A stretch of 32,000 bases of DNA from Formosa sp. Hel1_33_131 (GTDB lineage: Bacteria; Bacteroidota; Bacteroidia; Flavobacteriales; Flavobacteriaceae): assembly GCF_001735745.1 (NCBI RefSeq), contig NZ_CP017260.1:1560001-1592000 (forward strand), in the 5' to 3' direction. The notes under the pieces are model-generated. The model was not told where the DNA came from and did not search any database. It saw only the letters and a program-made list of their open reading frames with translations. Positions 16,601-23,514 of the stretch are shown here, in pieces (the stretch's first letter is position 1; the number at the start of each line of letters is the position of its first letter). The position numbers and the translations under genes were made by a program.

Positions 16601-16958
16601 CCATGTTTTGATCTTTTGAGGATTCGTTGTCATATTTAGCAACTTGTTTGATGAGCAATACAATGGACCAAAACATGAATAAAATAGTGAAGGCACTGGC
16701 GGTGGTGCTCATCATATTAATCATCAAACCTATTTGGCTTGGTTCAGAAGCAAAAATCGAAAAGAAGGCTCCCATCATTTGAAAAAATGGTGCTCCTGGG
16801 GGGTGTCCCACTTGCAACTTGGAAGAAGTCAATATATATTCTCCAGCATCCCAAAAACTAACCGTTGGTTCAACAGTGAGGCTGTAAGTAATGAACGCTA
16901 TTAAAAACGCAAGCCATCCTAAGATGAGGTTCCATTTTTTAAAATTAAAATCTGCCAT
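13674..16958 (-). CDS. DUF2723 / glycosyltransferase family 117 (TMEM260-like, GT-C fold) polytopic membrane protein
   Basis: 1094 aa. The N-terminal signature is TYSLTVEPTVSFWDAGEYILTSSKLQVGHPPGAPFF, followed by many TM helices, a large soluble C-terminal half and an acidic tail (EEDEEVEEAEIEDEVLDIL). Confidence 0.8.
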   Translation of the reverse strand: MADFNFKKWNLILGWLAFLIAFITYSLTVEPTVSFWDAGEYILTSSKLQVGHPPGAPFFQMMGAFFSIFASEPSQIGLMINMMSTTASAFTILFMFWSIVLLIKQVAKYDNESSKDQNMAVLGAAFVGSLSFAFTDSFWFNAVETEVYAMATLIMAVLFYLGLRWENEMFTPRGNKWLILISFVVGLSFGVHFMGLLTIPAISLIYFFKNYKTVTIKNFILANIAGVAILLFVFKLLAPNILRYFSALEIFFVNSVGMPFNSGSIIAFILLVGFIFWGLNYTRKKGYIHLNTGLLCITFIVIGFSSWLMLPIRANANVTVNENNPSSARELLAYYNLEQYPKTHLFYGPQFTNQYVGLDENQPYVDDKPKYEKDEVAEKYVIVNDYKDGLQNYNTEHASFLPRMWSDEHAENYMMYSGFLEFSIKTEYQMQNDLRSVVNSFKDSVAQGDVDYEDYHAFLKKYGRYIDIQKPSLLQNIYYLFDYQIGYMYWRYFMWNFTGRQDDVQGRLDLHGNWISGIEAVDSYVLDISQDNLPSDVLNNKARNTYYFLPLLLGLIGLFFLFNRDKKLFWTMLVFFLFTGIAIQVYTNVRPFEPRERDYSLVGSFYVFALWIGFGVFAIYEKLSTYSKTSLLAPIVSLVCLIAVPGVLISQNWDDHDRSKRKTANAMALQYLESCDPNAILFTIGDNDTFPLWYAQEIEGIRRDVRVVCTSLLNVDWYIDQMKRKAYDSDPIPSSLTHDQYKWGTRDYVIKEVVTEDTLGLNQVLGFITSDDPRTKYKHILDEQGYDTSGQRRQDLNANYLPTEHIRIPVDTESVLRNGIVKAKDSASIVPYIDIRIKNSAIYKNRLLMLDIIANNNWERPIYFSGGAFGDDDYIWMKDYLQLDGLVYKLVPIKTAVAKDNPFDMGRIDTDKMYDMVTNWDWGNNGDPTMYHDIETRKNSLTYRGNLARLIETLIQEGELEKAEEIADLAMAKMPVDLFGFYTLLEPYIGAYYELEATEKARNLFMEVSQKYQESLIYYSSLSEYNQSKHIQNIYTDIERYRGLVDVTAFYETDAFIKAEMEKFNNYLRLFTGELEEDEEVEEAEIEDEVLDIL

Positions 16959-17060
16959 GCTGTAAAATTGAAGTTCGAAGCGAATTTAGCAATAATTATG
17001 CAAGGGCTAAAAACTTTTAAGTAAAGCTTAATAGTTTTTGGTCAAAACGAATGAAATACA

Positions 17061-17447
17061 TCATTCAAAAAACACGCCATGTAGATACCGACCTGGCATG
17101 AGTGTGAATAATCCTGCAAGGAGGAGGCCGGTCCAATACAGTAATTTCATAGAGCGTTTATGTCTTTGTATATTTCCTTTTTTCACAGCAATTAAACTGC
17201 GAGGAACCGTCCAAATTGTTAGAAGGCTTAATAAATGAATCCATCCAAAATGATTCAGAAATGTGGGGCCTACATAGGCTTTCAAAAACAAGGAAACGAT
17301 CGTCGAGAAAAAAATAAGAAGCATATATACAGAGCCAATTTTTTTATGTAAAACGCCACCTTTTCCTGATACCACGATGAGATAAAACCCTAGCGGAAGG
17401 CAAGGCGCGATGGTGTATAAATGCAAGTCTCTTATAAACTCATACAT
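17061..17447 (-). CDS. Small 4-TM membrane protein (possibly DUF2306-like)
   Basis: 128 aa, hydrophobic, with basic loops (KGGVLHKKIG, KKGNIQRHKRSM) and a C-terminal FTLMPGRY. It lies 2 nt downstream of the wHTH gene. Confidence 0.55.
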   Translation of the reverse strand: MYEFIRDLHLYTIAPCLPLGFYLIVVSGKGGVLHKKIGSVYMLLIFFSTIVSLFLKAYVGPTFLNHFGWIHLLSLLTIWTVPRSLIAVKKGNIQRHKRSMKLLYWTGLLLAGLFTLMPGRYLHGVFFE

Positions 17448-17449
17448 AC

Positions 17450-17740
17450 TTAAAGCTTTAAATCTTGATAATTTTTTAAATTTGTGAAATGATCCTCAAA
17501 CGCTTTGATGCCTGCTTTTGTGATGGAACAACTTGTTTTTGGATAGTTGTTTTCAAAACTTTTGTGGATGGAAATATAGCCGCTTTCTTTTAATTTTTTT
17601 AGCTGTATGCTCAGATTTCCCTGCGTGGTTTCCGTAATTTTTTTTAAATAATTAAAATCACAATTCTCCACTTTAGCCAACACAGCCACAATCATCAGAC
17701 GTGTTGGGTTTACCAATAATTTATCTAAGGGTCTAAACAT
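17450..17740 (-). CDS. Winged-helix (ArsR/MarR-like) transcriptional regulator
   Basis: LVNPTRLMIVAVLAKVENCDFNYLKKITETTQGNLSIQLKKLKESGYI is an HTH plus wing pattern. I prefer the ATG at 17740 (MFRPLDKL), which overlaps the upstream gene stop as ATGTTTAG, over the ORF-track start at 17776. Confidence 0.7.
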   Translation of the reverse strand: MFRPLDKLLVNPTRLMIVAVLAKVENCDFNYLKKITETTQGNLSIQLKKLKESGYISIHKSFENNYPKTSCSITKAGIKAFEDHFTNLKNYQDLKL

Positions 17741-18302
17741 TTGATTTGCTGTAATAAAGCACAATTCCAGGAACAAGCAGCCCTAAAATAGAGGCGATGC
17801 CATTAATAAACAACCAAGAATTATTTGGAGTATAAACACATACCATACTGCAAATAATAACAGAGATGCCTCCAAAAGAGATCGGTTTGAAGCGAATTAA
17901 AAGTCCCGTTATAAGAATCATCACTCCTAGTAAGAATAAAATAGACTCGGTTGGATTTTGGTTTTTTTGTGCTGAAATAAATATTAAAAGAATCCAAGAG
18001 AAGTTAAATACTCCCCAAATTATTTTTAATACACGCCCCATATGGGTTTCATAGCCCGTTTGTTTGCGTTTTTTAACATTATAAAGAACTGTAACGACCA
18101 TTCCAAGCGCTGGAATTAACACCCAATAGAGTAGGTTTGAGTAGTTTGTTTGCTGAACAATTTCAGGGAAACTGTAATGAAAAAAGCTTAAGACTGCAAT
18201 TAATGCACCCCAGAAAATAAAGTTGGGAGCACTCGATTTTAAATTTTCTTTTGTTTTATTAATGGTGTCATTAATAAGCTGAATTTGTTCTTGTGTTTGC
18301 AT
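17733..18302 (-). CDS. Hypothetical polytopic membrane protein (about 5 TM)
   Basis: 189 aa with an amphipathic N-terminus followed by hydrophobic helices. It is the first gene of a tightly coupled three-gene unit. No catalytic motif recognised. Confidence 0.55.
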   Translation of the reverse strand: MQTQEQIQLINDTINKTKENLKSSAPNFIFWGALIAVLSFFHYSFPEIVQQTNYSNLLYWVLIPALGMVVTVLYNVKKRKQTGYETHMGRVLKIIWGVFNFSWILLIFISAQKNQNPTESILFLLGVMILITGLLIRFKPISFGGISVIICSMVCVYTPNNSWLFINGIASILGLLVPGIVLYYSKSNV

Positions 18303-18382
18303 GATTATAAGATTTAGAATAGCAAATGTAAACTAGTTTATATTATAAACCAAAAAATCAACAAGAAATAAATTTAAAAATG

Positions 18383-18413
18383 TTTGCCTAAACAAAACTT
18401 TATTATAAATTTG
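18383..18413 (+). promoter_or_regulatory. Candidate Bacteroidota promoter for tRNA-Gln (TTTG-N19-TAAATTTG)
   Basis: TTTG at 18383-18386 and TAAATTTG at 18406-18413, with a 19-nt spacer. The -7 box ends 17 nt before the mature tRNA 5' end. Confidence 0.55.
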
Positions 18414-18430
18414 CAGCCTCATTAAGAGAT

Positions 18431-18503
18431 TGGCCCATGGTGTAACTGGCAACACGTTGGTTTTTGGTACCGAAGAGTCTAGGTTCGAGCCCTAGTGGGC
18501 CAA
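18431..18503 (+). tRNA. tRNA-Gln (anticodon UUG)
   Basis: Cloverleaf folded by hand. Acceptor TGGCCCA/TGGGCCA; D-arm GTGT-AACTGGCA-ACAC; anticodon arm TTGGT-TTTTGGT-ACCGA (anticodon TTG at positions 34-36); variable loop AGAGT; T-arm CTAGG-TTCGAGC-CCTAG; discriminator A. No encoded CCA. Confidence 0.9.
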
Positions 18504-18507
18504 CTAA

Positions 18508-18527
18508 AACAAGTGTAAACACTTGTT
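18508..18527 (+). terminator. Hairpin directly after tRNA-Gln (possible weak terminator or processing structure)
   Basis: AACAAGTG-TAAA-CACTTGTT is an 8-bp stem. It is followed by AAATTCAATTTTT, so the T-run is not immediately adjacent. Confidence 0.4.
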
Positions 18528-18546
18528 AAATTCAATTTTTATGTCG

Positions 18547-18554
18547 TATATTTG
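18547..18554 (+). promoter_or_regulatory. Candidate -7 box (TATATTTG) for rimP-nusA-infB
   Basis: Matches TAnnTTTG. A CTTG ending at 18525 lies 21 nt upstream, a -33-like position that overlaps the 3' arm of the tRNA hairpin. Confidence 0.4.
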
Positions 18555-18580
18555 CCGCATAGAATGATAAATGAAAAAGC

Positions 18581-18606
18581 GAGGGGACATAAAGTCCCCT
18601 CTTTTT
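18581..18606 (+). terminator. Intrinsic-terminator-like hairpin in the rimP leader (candidate attenuator)
   Basis: GAGGGGAC-ATAAA-GTCCCCTC is a perfect 8-bp GC-rich stem followed by TTTTT. It is preceded by AAAAA and ends 7 nt before the rimP ATG. Confidence 0.6.
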
Positions 18607-18613
18607 ATACCAG

Positions 18614-19078
18614 ATGTTTAGAGATATAGTAAAAGAATTATTAGAGGATTGCCTTGCACAAAGACAGGATTTGTTTTTGATTGATTTCGAAATCTTAGAA
18701 GGCAATAAAATTAGAATCGTAATTGACGGGGACAAAGGGGTCCTTGTAGAAGACTGTATGTTTGTCAGTCGCGGTATCGAACACAATATAGACAGGGAAG
18801 AGCACGATTTTGCATTGGAAGTATCATCGTCTGGAGCCACCACTCCATTGACACACCCGCGTCAATTTCAAAAACACATCGGCAGAACATTAGAAGTCAG
18901 GGCTACAGAAAATCAAAAAATTGAAGCTGTCCTTACCGCCGCCAACAAAGAAGATATTGTACTTGAATGGAAAGCAAGAGAACCAAAGCCGATCGGAAAA
19001 GGAAAGGTCACCGTTCAGAAAAAAGCAACCCTTCTGTACACAGATATAAGTGAAGCAAAAGTGAAAATATTATTTTAA
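18614..19078 (+). CDS. rimP: Ribosome maturation factor RimP
   Basis: 154 aa with the typical RimP N-terminus (LLEDCLAQRQDLFLIDFEI) and its conserved position immediately upstream of nusA. Confidence 0.9.
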   Translation: MFRDIVKELLEDCLAQRQDLFLIDFEILEGNKIRIVIDGDKGVLVEDCMFVSRGIEHNIDREEHDFALEVSSSGATTPLTHPRQFQKHIGRTLEVRATENQKIEAVLTAANKEDIVLEWKAREPKPIGKGKVTVQKKATLLYTDISEAKVKILF

Positions 19079-19093
19079 TACAAGACTAAAATT

Positions 19094-20326
19094 ATGGAAA
19101 ATTTAGCGTTAATTGATTCGTTTTCAGAATTCAAAGATGAAAAGCTAATTGATAGAGTTACCTTAATGTCAATCTTAGAAGATGTGTTTAGAAATACATT
19201 AAAAAAGAAGTTTGGAGATGATGATAACTTTGATATCATTATCAATCCCGATAAAGGCGATTTAGAAATATGGAGAAATAGAGTCGTTGTAGCAGATGGT
19301 GAGGTTGAAGAAGAAAACCAAGAAATCTCTTTAACAGATGCTCAAAAAATCGAACCAGATTTTGAAGTTGGTGAAGATGTATCCGAAGAAGTGAAGCTGG
19401 TTGACTTAGGACGTCGTTCTATTTTAGCACTGCGTCAGAATTTAATTTCTAAAATTCATGAGCACGATAACACAAATATCTACAAGCACTTTAAAGACTT
19501 AGTAGGTGAAATATACACAGCTGAGGTTCATCACATTCGCCACCGAGCGGTGATTTTATTGGATGACGATGGCAATGAATTGATCCTTCCAAAAGACAAA
19601 CAAATTCCTTCTGATTTTTTCAGAAAAGGAGAAAATGTAAGAGGTATCATTGAAAGTGTTGATTTAAAAGGAAACAAACCGTCTATTGTATTATCAAGAA
19701 CAGCCCCTGTTTTTCTTGAAAAATTATTTGAACAAGAAATTCCAGAAGTTTTTGACGGTTTAATATCTGTTAAAAATGTTGTAAGAATTCCAGGAGAAAA
19801 AGCCAAAGTAGCGGTTGATTCTTATGACGATCGAATAGATCCTGTAGGAGCTTGTGTTGGAATGAAAGGTTCTAGAATCCACGGAATTGTTCGTGAACTA
19901 GGAAATGAAAACATTGATGTGATCAATTATACAACCAACTTGCAACTTTATATCACAAGAGCGTTGAGTCCAGCAAGAGTGACATCGATCAAAATAAACG
20001 AAGAAACCAAGCGTGCTGAGGTTATTTTAAAACCTGAAGAAGTGAGTAAAGCGATTGGTAGAGGTGGTCACAACATTCGTTTGGCCGGTCGTTTGACAGG
20101 CTATGAAATTGATGTATTTAGAGAAGGTGTAGAAGAGGATGTAGAGCTTTCTGAATTCTCTGATGAAATCGAAGCATGGATCATTGCTGAATTTGCAAAA
20201 GCAGGTTTAGACACTGCAAAAAGTATCCTTGAACAAGAGATTGTAGATCTTGTAAAGCGTACCGATTTAGAGTTAGAAACCATCGAAGATGTAGTTCGTA
20301 TTTTGAAAGAAGAGTTTGAAGAGTAA
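19094..20326 (+). CDS. nusA: Transcription termination/antitermination factor NusA
   Basis: 410 aa. It has the N-terminal NusA domain, an S1 region (GEIYTAEVHHIRHRAVILLDD) and KH domains (DPVGACVGMKGSRIHGIVRELGNENIDVI; AIGRGGHNIRLAGRLTGYEIDV). Confidence 0.95.
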   Translation: MENLALIDSFSEFKDEKLIDRVTLMSILEDVFRNTLKKKFGDDDNFDIIINPDKGDLEIWRNRVVVADGEVEEENQEISLTDAQKIEPDFEVGEDVSEEVKLVDLGRRSILALRQNLISKIHEHDNTNIYKHFKDLVGEIYTAEVHHIRHRAVILLDDDGNELILPKDKQIPSDFFRKGENVRGIIESVDLKGNKPSIVLSRTAPVFLEKLFEQEIPEVFDGLISVKNVVRIPGEKAKVAVDSYDDRIDPVGACVGMKGSRIHGIVRELGNENIDVINYTTNLQLYITRALSPARVTSIKINEETKRAEVILKPEEVSKAIGRGGHNIRLAGRLTGYEIDVFREGVEEDVELSEFSDEIEAWIIAEFAKAGLDTAKSILEQEIVDLVKRTDLELETIEDVVRILKEEFEE

Positions 20327-20413
20327 AATTTTAATTATATTGGTAGCCTGTAAGACCGGATTACCACACGATTACGCGTAAGAAATACTGTTAAAAAATA
20401 TCAAAGGCAATTT

Positions 20414-23296
20414 ATGGCTGAAATTATTAGATTAAATAAAGTGTTAAGGGAATTGAATATTTCTCTCGATCGAGCGGTCGATTTTTTGGAAACAAAAAAC
20501 GTTGAAATAGAAAAACGCCCTACGACCAAAATCACTTCGGAAGTGTACGATCTTCTTGCAGGAGAGTTTCAAACGGATGCAAATAAGAAAGTCGCTTCTA
20601 AAGAAGTTGGTGAAGCTAAGCTAAAAGAAAAAGAAGCCTTACGTGTTCAACGTGAACAAGAAATAGAGCTGAAACTTCAAAAAGCCGAAGCCGCTAAAAC
20701 AGTTTTTAAAGCCAAACAGGTCCTTCAAGGTCCCAAAAAAGTCGGTAAAATCGATTTAGATGGCTCTAAAAAAGCAGCTGAAAAACAGCCTGAAGCCGTA
20801 AAGCCTGCAGTTGCTCCAAAAGAAGTAGTCCCTAAAGTAGAGGTTGCCGCTCCCAAAGCAGCGCCAACACCAAAAGAAGCAGCAGCGCCTAAAGTAGAGG
20901 TTGCCACTCCAAAAGCCGCACCCACTCCAAAAGTAGTGCCAGCCCCAAAAGAAGCAGCAACGCCTAAGGTTGAGTCCACACCAAAAGTAAAGCCTGCTAC
21001 AAAAACAGCACCCGCTCCTTTACCAGTCGCAGATAAAAAAGAAACACCAGTTGTTTCAACAACTACTGAGACAACACCTCCAGCAACACCAGTTGCGCCA
21101 GCAGCTACCGCTAATGAGGAACCAATAGCCTCAGGAGAACAAAAAGTTGAAACCACCAATTATCAAAAACTTTCAGGGCCAAAATCTACTGGACAAAAGA
21201 TAGATTTAACCCAATTTAATAAACCCAAAAAAGCGAAGCCAGTTACACCAGCAGCTGGAACCAATTCTGCCGATGCCAGAAAAAAACGTCGTAGAATAAG
21301 TAAAGTTGGAAGCAATCCTTCGCAGCCTAGAGGAAACTTTAGAAACCGACCGCCACAAGCTAGAACGCAAGTTCCAAAAGTAGAGCCAACAGCGGAAGAA
21401 GTACAAAAGCAGGTAAGAGAAACCCTTGAAAAATTACAAGGGAAATCAAACAAAGGTAAAAAAGGTGCGAAGTACAGAAAAGACAAAAGAGATCAGCACC
21501 GTCAACAAACTGAAAAAGATCAAGAACAACAAGAACTAGAAAATAAAGTAGTTAAAGTTACTGAATTTGTAACCGCAAGCGAAGTCGCTACCATGATGGA
21601 TGTTTCGGTGACTCAAATTATTTCTGCCTGTATGTCTCTTGGAATGATGGTGACCATGAATCAGCGATTAGATGCTGAAACTTTAACCATTGTTGCTGAA
21701 GAATTTGGATTTACGGTTGAATTTGTAACCGCTGATATTGACGAAGCAATTGAAATCGTAGTAGATACTGCCGAAGATTTAGAAACACGAGCTCCGATCG
21801 TAACGGTCATGGGACATGTCGATCACGGTAAAACATCTTTACTAGATTATATACGGGAAGAAAATGTAATTGCAGGTGAATCTGGAGGCATCACCCAACA
21901 TATTGGAGCTTACGGAGTGACCCTTGGAACAGGACAAAAAATAGCCTTTTTAGATACACCCGGTCACGAGGCCTTTACGGCGATGCGTGCACGTGGTGCG
22001 CAAGTCACGGATATTGCTATTATCGTCATTGCAGCGGATGATGATATCATGCCTCAAACAAAAGAAGCCATTGCCCATGCACAAGCAGCAGGCGTACCAA
22101 TCATCTTTGCAATTAATAAAATAGACAGACCAGCGGCAAATCCTGAAAAAATTAAGGAAGCCTTGGCCAATATGAATTTATTAGTAGAAGACTGGGGAGG
22201 GAAAATCCAATCGCATGATGTTTCTGCATTAAAAGGAGACGGTGTCAAAGAATTATTAGAAAAAGTATTGCTAGAAGCTGAATTATTAGAGCTGCAAGCA
22301 AATCCAAATAAACCCGCTTTAGGAACCGTAGTTGAAGCCTTTTTAGATAAAGGTCGTGGGTATGTTTCTACCATCTTAGTACAAGCAGGAACGCTGAAAA
22401 TTGGCGATTATGTCTTGGCAGGAAAAAACAGTGGTAAAGTTAGAGCCATGCATGACGAACGCGGAAACGACTTGCTTGTTGCAGGACCTTCAACGCCCAT
22501 CTCTATTTTAGGATTGGACGGCGCACCTCAGGCAGGAGATAAATTTACCGTCTTTAAAGATGAGCGTGAAGCGAAGCAAATTGCTGCCAAACGTACACAA
22601 CTACAACGTGAGCAATCTGTAAGAACACAACGTCATATTACGCTTGATGAAATTGGAAGACGTATTGCTTTAGGTGACTTTAAGGAATTAAACATCATCT
22701 TGAAAGGAGATGTTGATGGATCCGTTGAAGCCCTAACAGATTCGTTCCAGAAATTATCGACCGAAGAAATTCAGGTGAATATTATTCATAAAGGAGTTGG
22801 AGCCATTACAGAAAGTGATGTGTTACTTGCAACAGCATCCGATGCGATTATTATCGGATTTAATGTGCGACCAATGGGGAATGCCCGTCAAATTGCTGAT
22901 AAGGAAGAAATCGACATCCGAATGTACTCTATTATTTACGATGCGATTAACGATCTTAAAGACGCGATGGAAGGCATGTTGTCTCCTGAGTTTAAAGAAG
23001 AAATTACAGGAACCGCAGAAATTAGAGAAACCTTTAAAATCTCTAAAATCGGAACGATTGCAGGATGTATGGTTACCAATGGTAAAATATACAGAAGCGC
23101 TGGAATTCGATTGATCAGAGAAGGTGTGGTAGTATATACAGGTGAATTAAGCTCTTTAAAACGTTTCAAAGACGATGCGAAAGAAGTTGCTAAAGGATAC
23201 GACTGTGGTATGCAAGTGAAAAACTACAACGATATCCGCGAAGGTGATATTCTTGAAGCCTTCCGTGAGGTAGAGGTTAAGAAAACACTTAAATAA
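20414..23296 (+). CDS. infB: Translation initiation factor IF-2
   Basis: 960 aa. G-domain motifs GHVDHGKTSLLD, DTPGHEAF and NKID follow a long Pro/Lys/Ala-rich low-complexity N-terminal region. Confidence 0.97.
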   Translation: MAEIIRLNKVLRELNISLDRAVDFLETKNVEIEKRPTTKITSEVYDLLAGEFQTDANKKVASKEVGEAKLKEKEALRVQREQEIELKLQKAEAAKTVFKAKQVLQGPKKVGKIDLDGSKKAAEKQPEAVKPAVAPKEVVPKVEVAAPKAAPTPKEAAAPKVEVATPKAAPTPKVVPAPKEAATPKVESTPKVKPATKTAPAPLPVADKKETPVVSTTTETTPPATPVAPAATANEEPIASGEQKVETTNYQKLSGPKSTGQKIDLTQFNKPKKAKPVTPAAGTNSADARKKRRRISKVGSNPSQPRGNFRNRPPQARTQVPKVEPTAEEVQKQVRETLEKLQGKSNKGKKGAKYRKDKRDQHRQQTEKDQEQQELENKVVKVTEFVTASEVATMMDVSVTQIISACMSLGMMVTMNQRLDAETLTIVAEEFGFTVEFVTADIDEAIEIVVDTAEDLETRAPIVTVMGHVDHGKTSLLDYIREENVIAGESGGITQHIGAYGVTLGTGQKIAFLDTPGHEAFTAMRARGAQVTDIAIIVIAADDDIMPQTKEAIAHAQAAGVPIIFAINKIDRPAANPEKIKEALANMNLLVEDWGGKIQSHDVSALKGDGVKELLEKVLLEAELLELQANPNKPALGTVVEAFLDKGRGYVSTILVQAGTLKIGDYVLAGKNSGKVRAMHDERGNDLLVAGPSTPISILGLDGAPQAGDKFTVFKDEREAKQIAAKRTQLQREQSVRTQRHITLDEIGRRIALGDFKELNIILKGDVDGSVEALTDSFQKLSTEEIQVNIIHKGVGAITESDVLLATASDAIIIGFNVRPMGNARQIADKEEIDIRMYSIIYDAINDLKDAMEGMLSPEFKEEITGTAEIRETFKISKIGTIAGCMVTNGKIYRSAGIRLIREGVVVYTGELSSLKRFKDDAKEVAKGYDCGMQVKNYNDIREGDILEAFREVEVKKTLK
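20831..20944 (+). repeat. Two tandem imperfect 57-nt (19-aa) repeats inside the IF-2 N-terminal linker
   Basis: 20831-20887 (PKVEVAAPKAAPTPKEAAA) and 20888-20944 (PKVEVATPKAAPTPKVVPA), followed by a partial third unit. Confidence 0.8.
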
Positions 23297-23330
23297 AACA
23301 GTATTTAGTTTATATATACATAAATTTTTA

Positions 23331-23363
23331 AAAACCGTATGTCCAAAAGGCATGCGGTTTTTT
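23331..23363 (+). terminator. Rho-independent terminator of infB
   Basis: AAAACCGTATG (23331-23341) pairs with CATGCGGTTTT (23351-23361), with one G-U pair and a 9-nt loop, ending in a T6 run. It lies about 35 nt after the infB stop. Confidence 0.8.
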
Positions 23364-23484
23364 GTATTCAACATACTGATTTTGTTCACCATTTTATAGA
23401 ATTCAAGCATTATACAAAATTGTAATGCAATACAATTATTATTTTATAATTTAAAAGACCCTCCATTGTTTTAATTAGTTTACG

Positions 23485-23492
23485 TATATTTG
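23485..23492 (+). promoter_or_regulatory. Candidate -7 box (TATATTTG) for the tail-collar/T9SS gene pair
   Basis: Matches TAnnTTTG 22 nt upstream of the ATG at 23515. An ATTG ending at 23467 sits 17 nt upstream, which is short of the usual 19-21. Confidence 0.4.
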
Positions 23493-23514
23493 AGTTACCA
23501 ATTTAATTTATAGG

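Noticed and set aside
17741-17776. Longer start (17776) for the wHTH regulator
   Set aside because: It would create a 44-nt overlap with the upstream gene and add a hydrophobic MFLELCFITANQ extension. The ATG at 17740 gives the common ATGnnTAG-type coupling overlap.
18532-18843. 103-aa minus-strand ORF over the rimP leader and 5' end
   Set aside because: It is antisense to rimP and to the leader hairpin, and the Ser-rich low-complexity product has no support.
20725-21486. Long antisense ORFs (144 aa, 107 aa, 66 aa) opposite the IF-2 N-terminal region
   Set aside because: They are a by-product of the repetitive Pro/Lys/Ala codon usage (GCN/CCN/AAR), which leaves the reverse frames free of stops. 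The products are Gly/Ala/Thr/Phe low-complexity strings.
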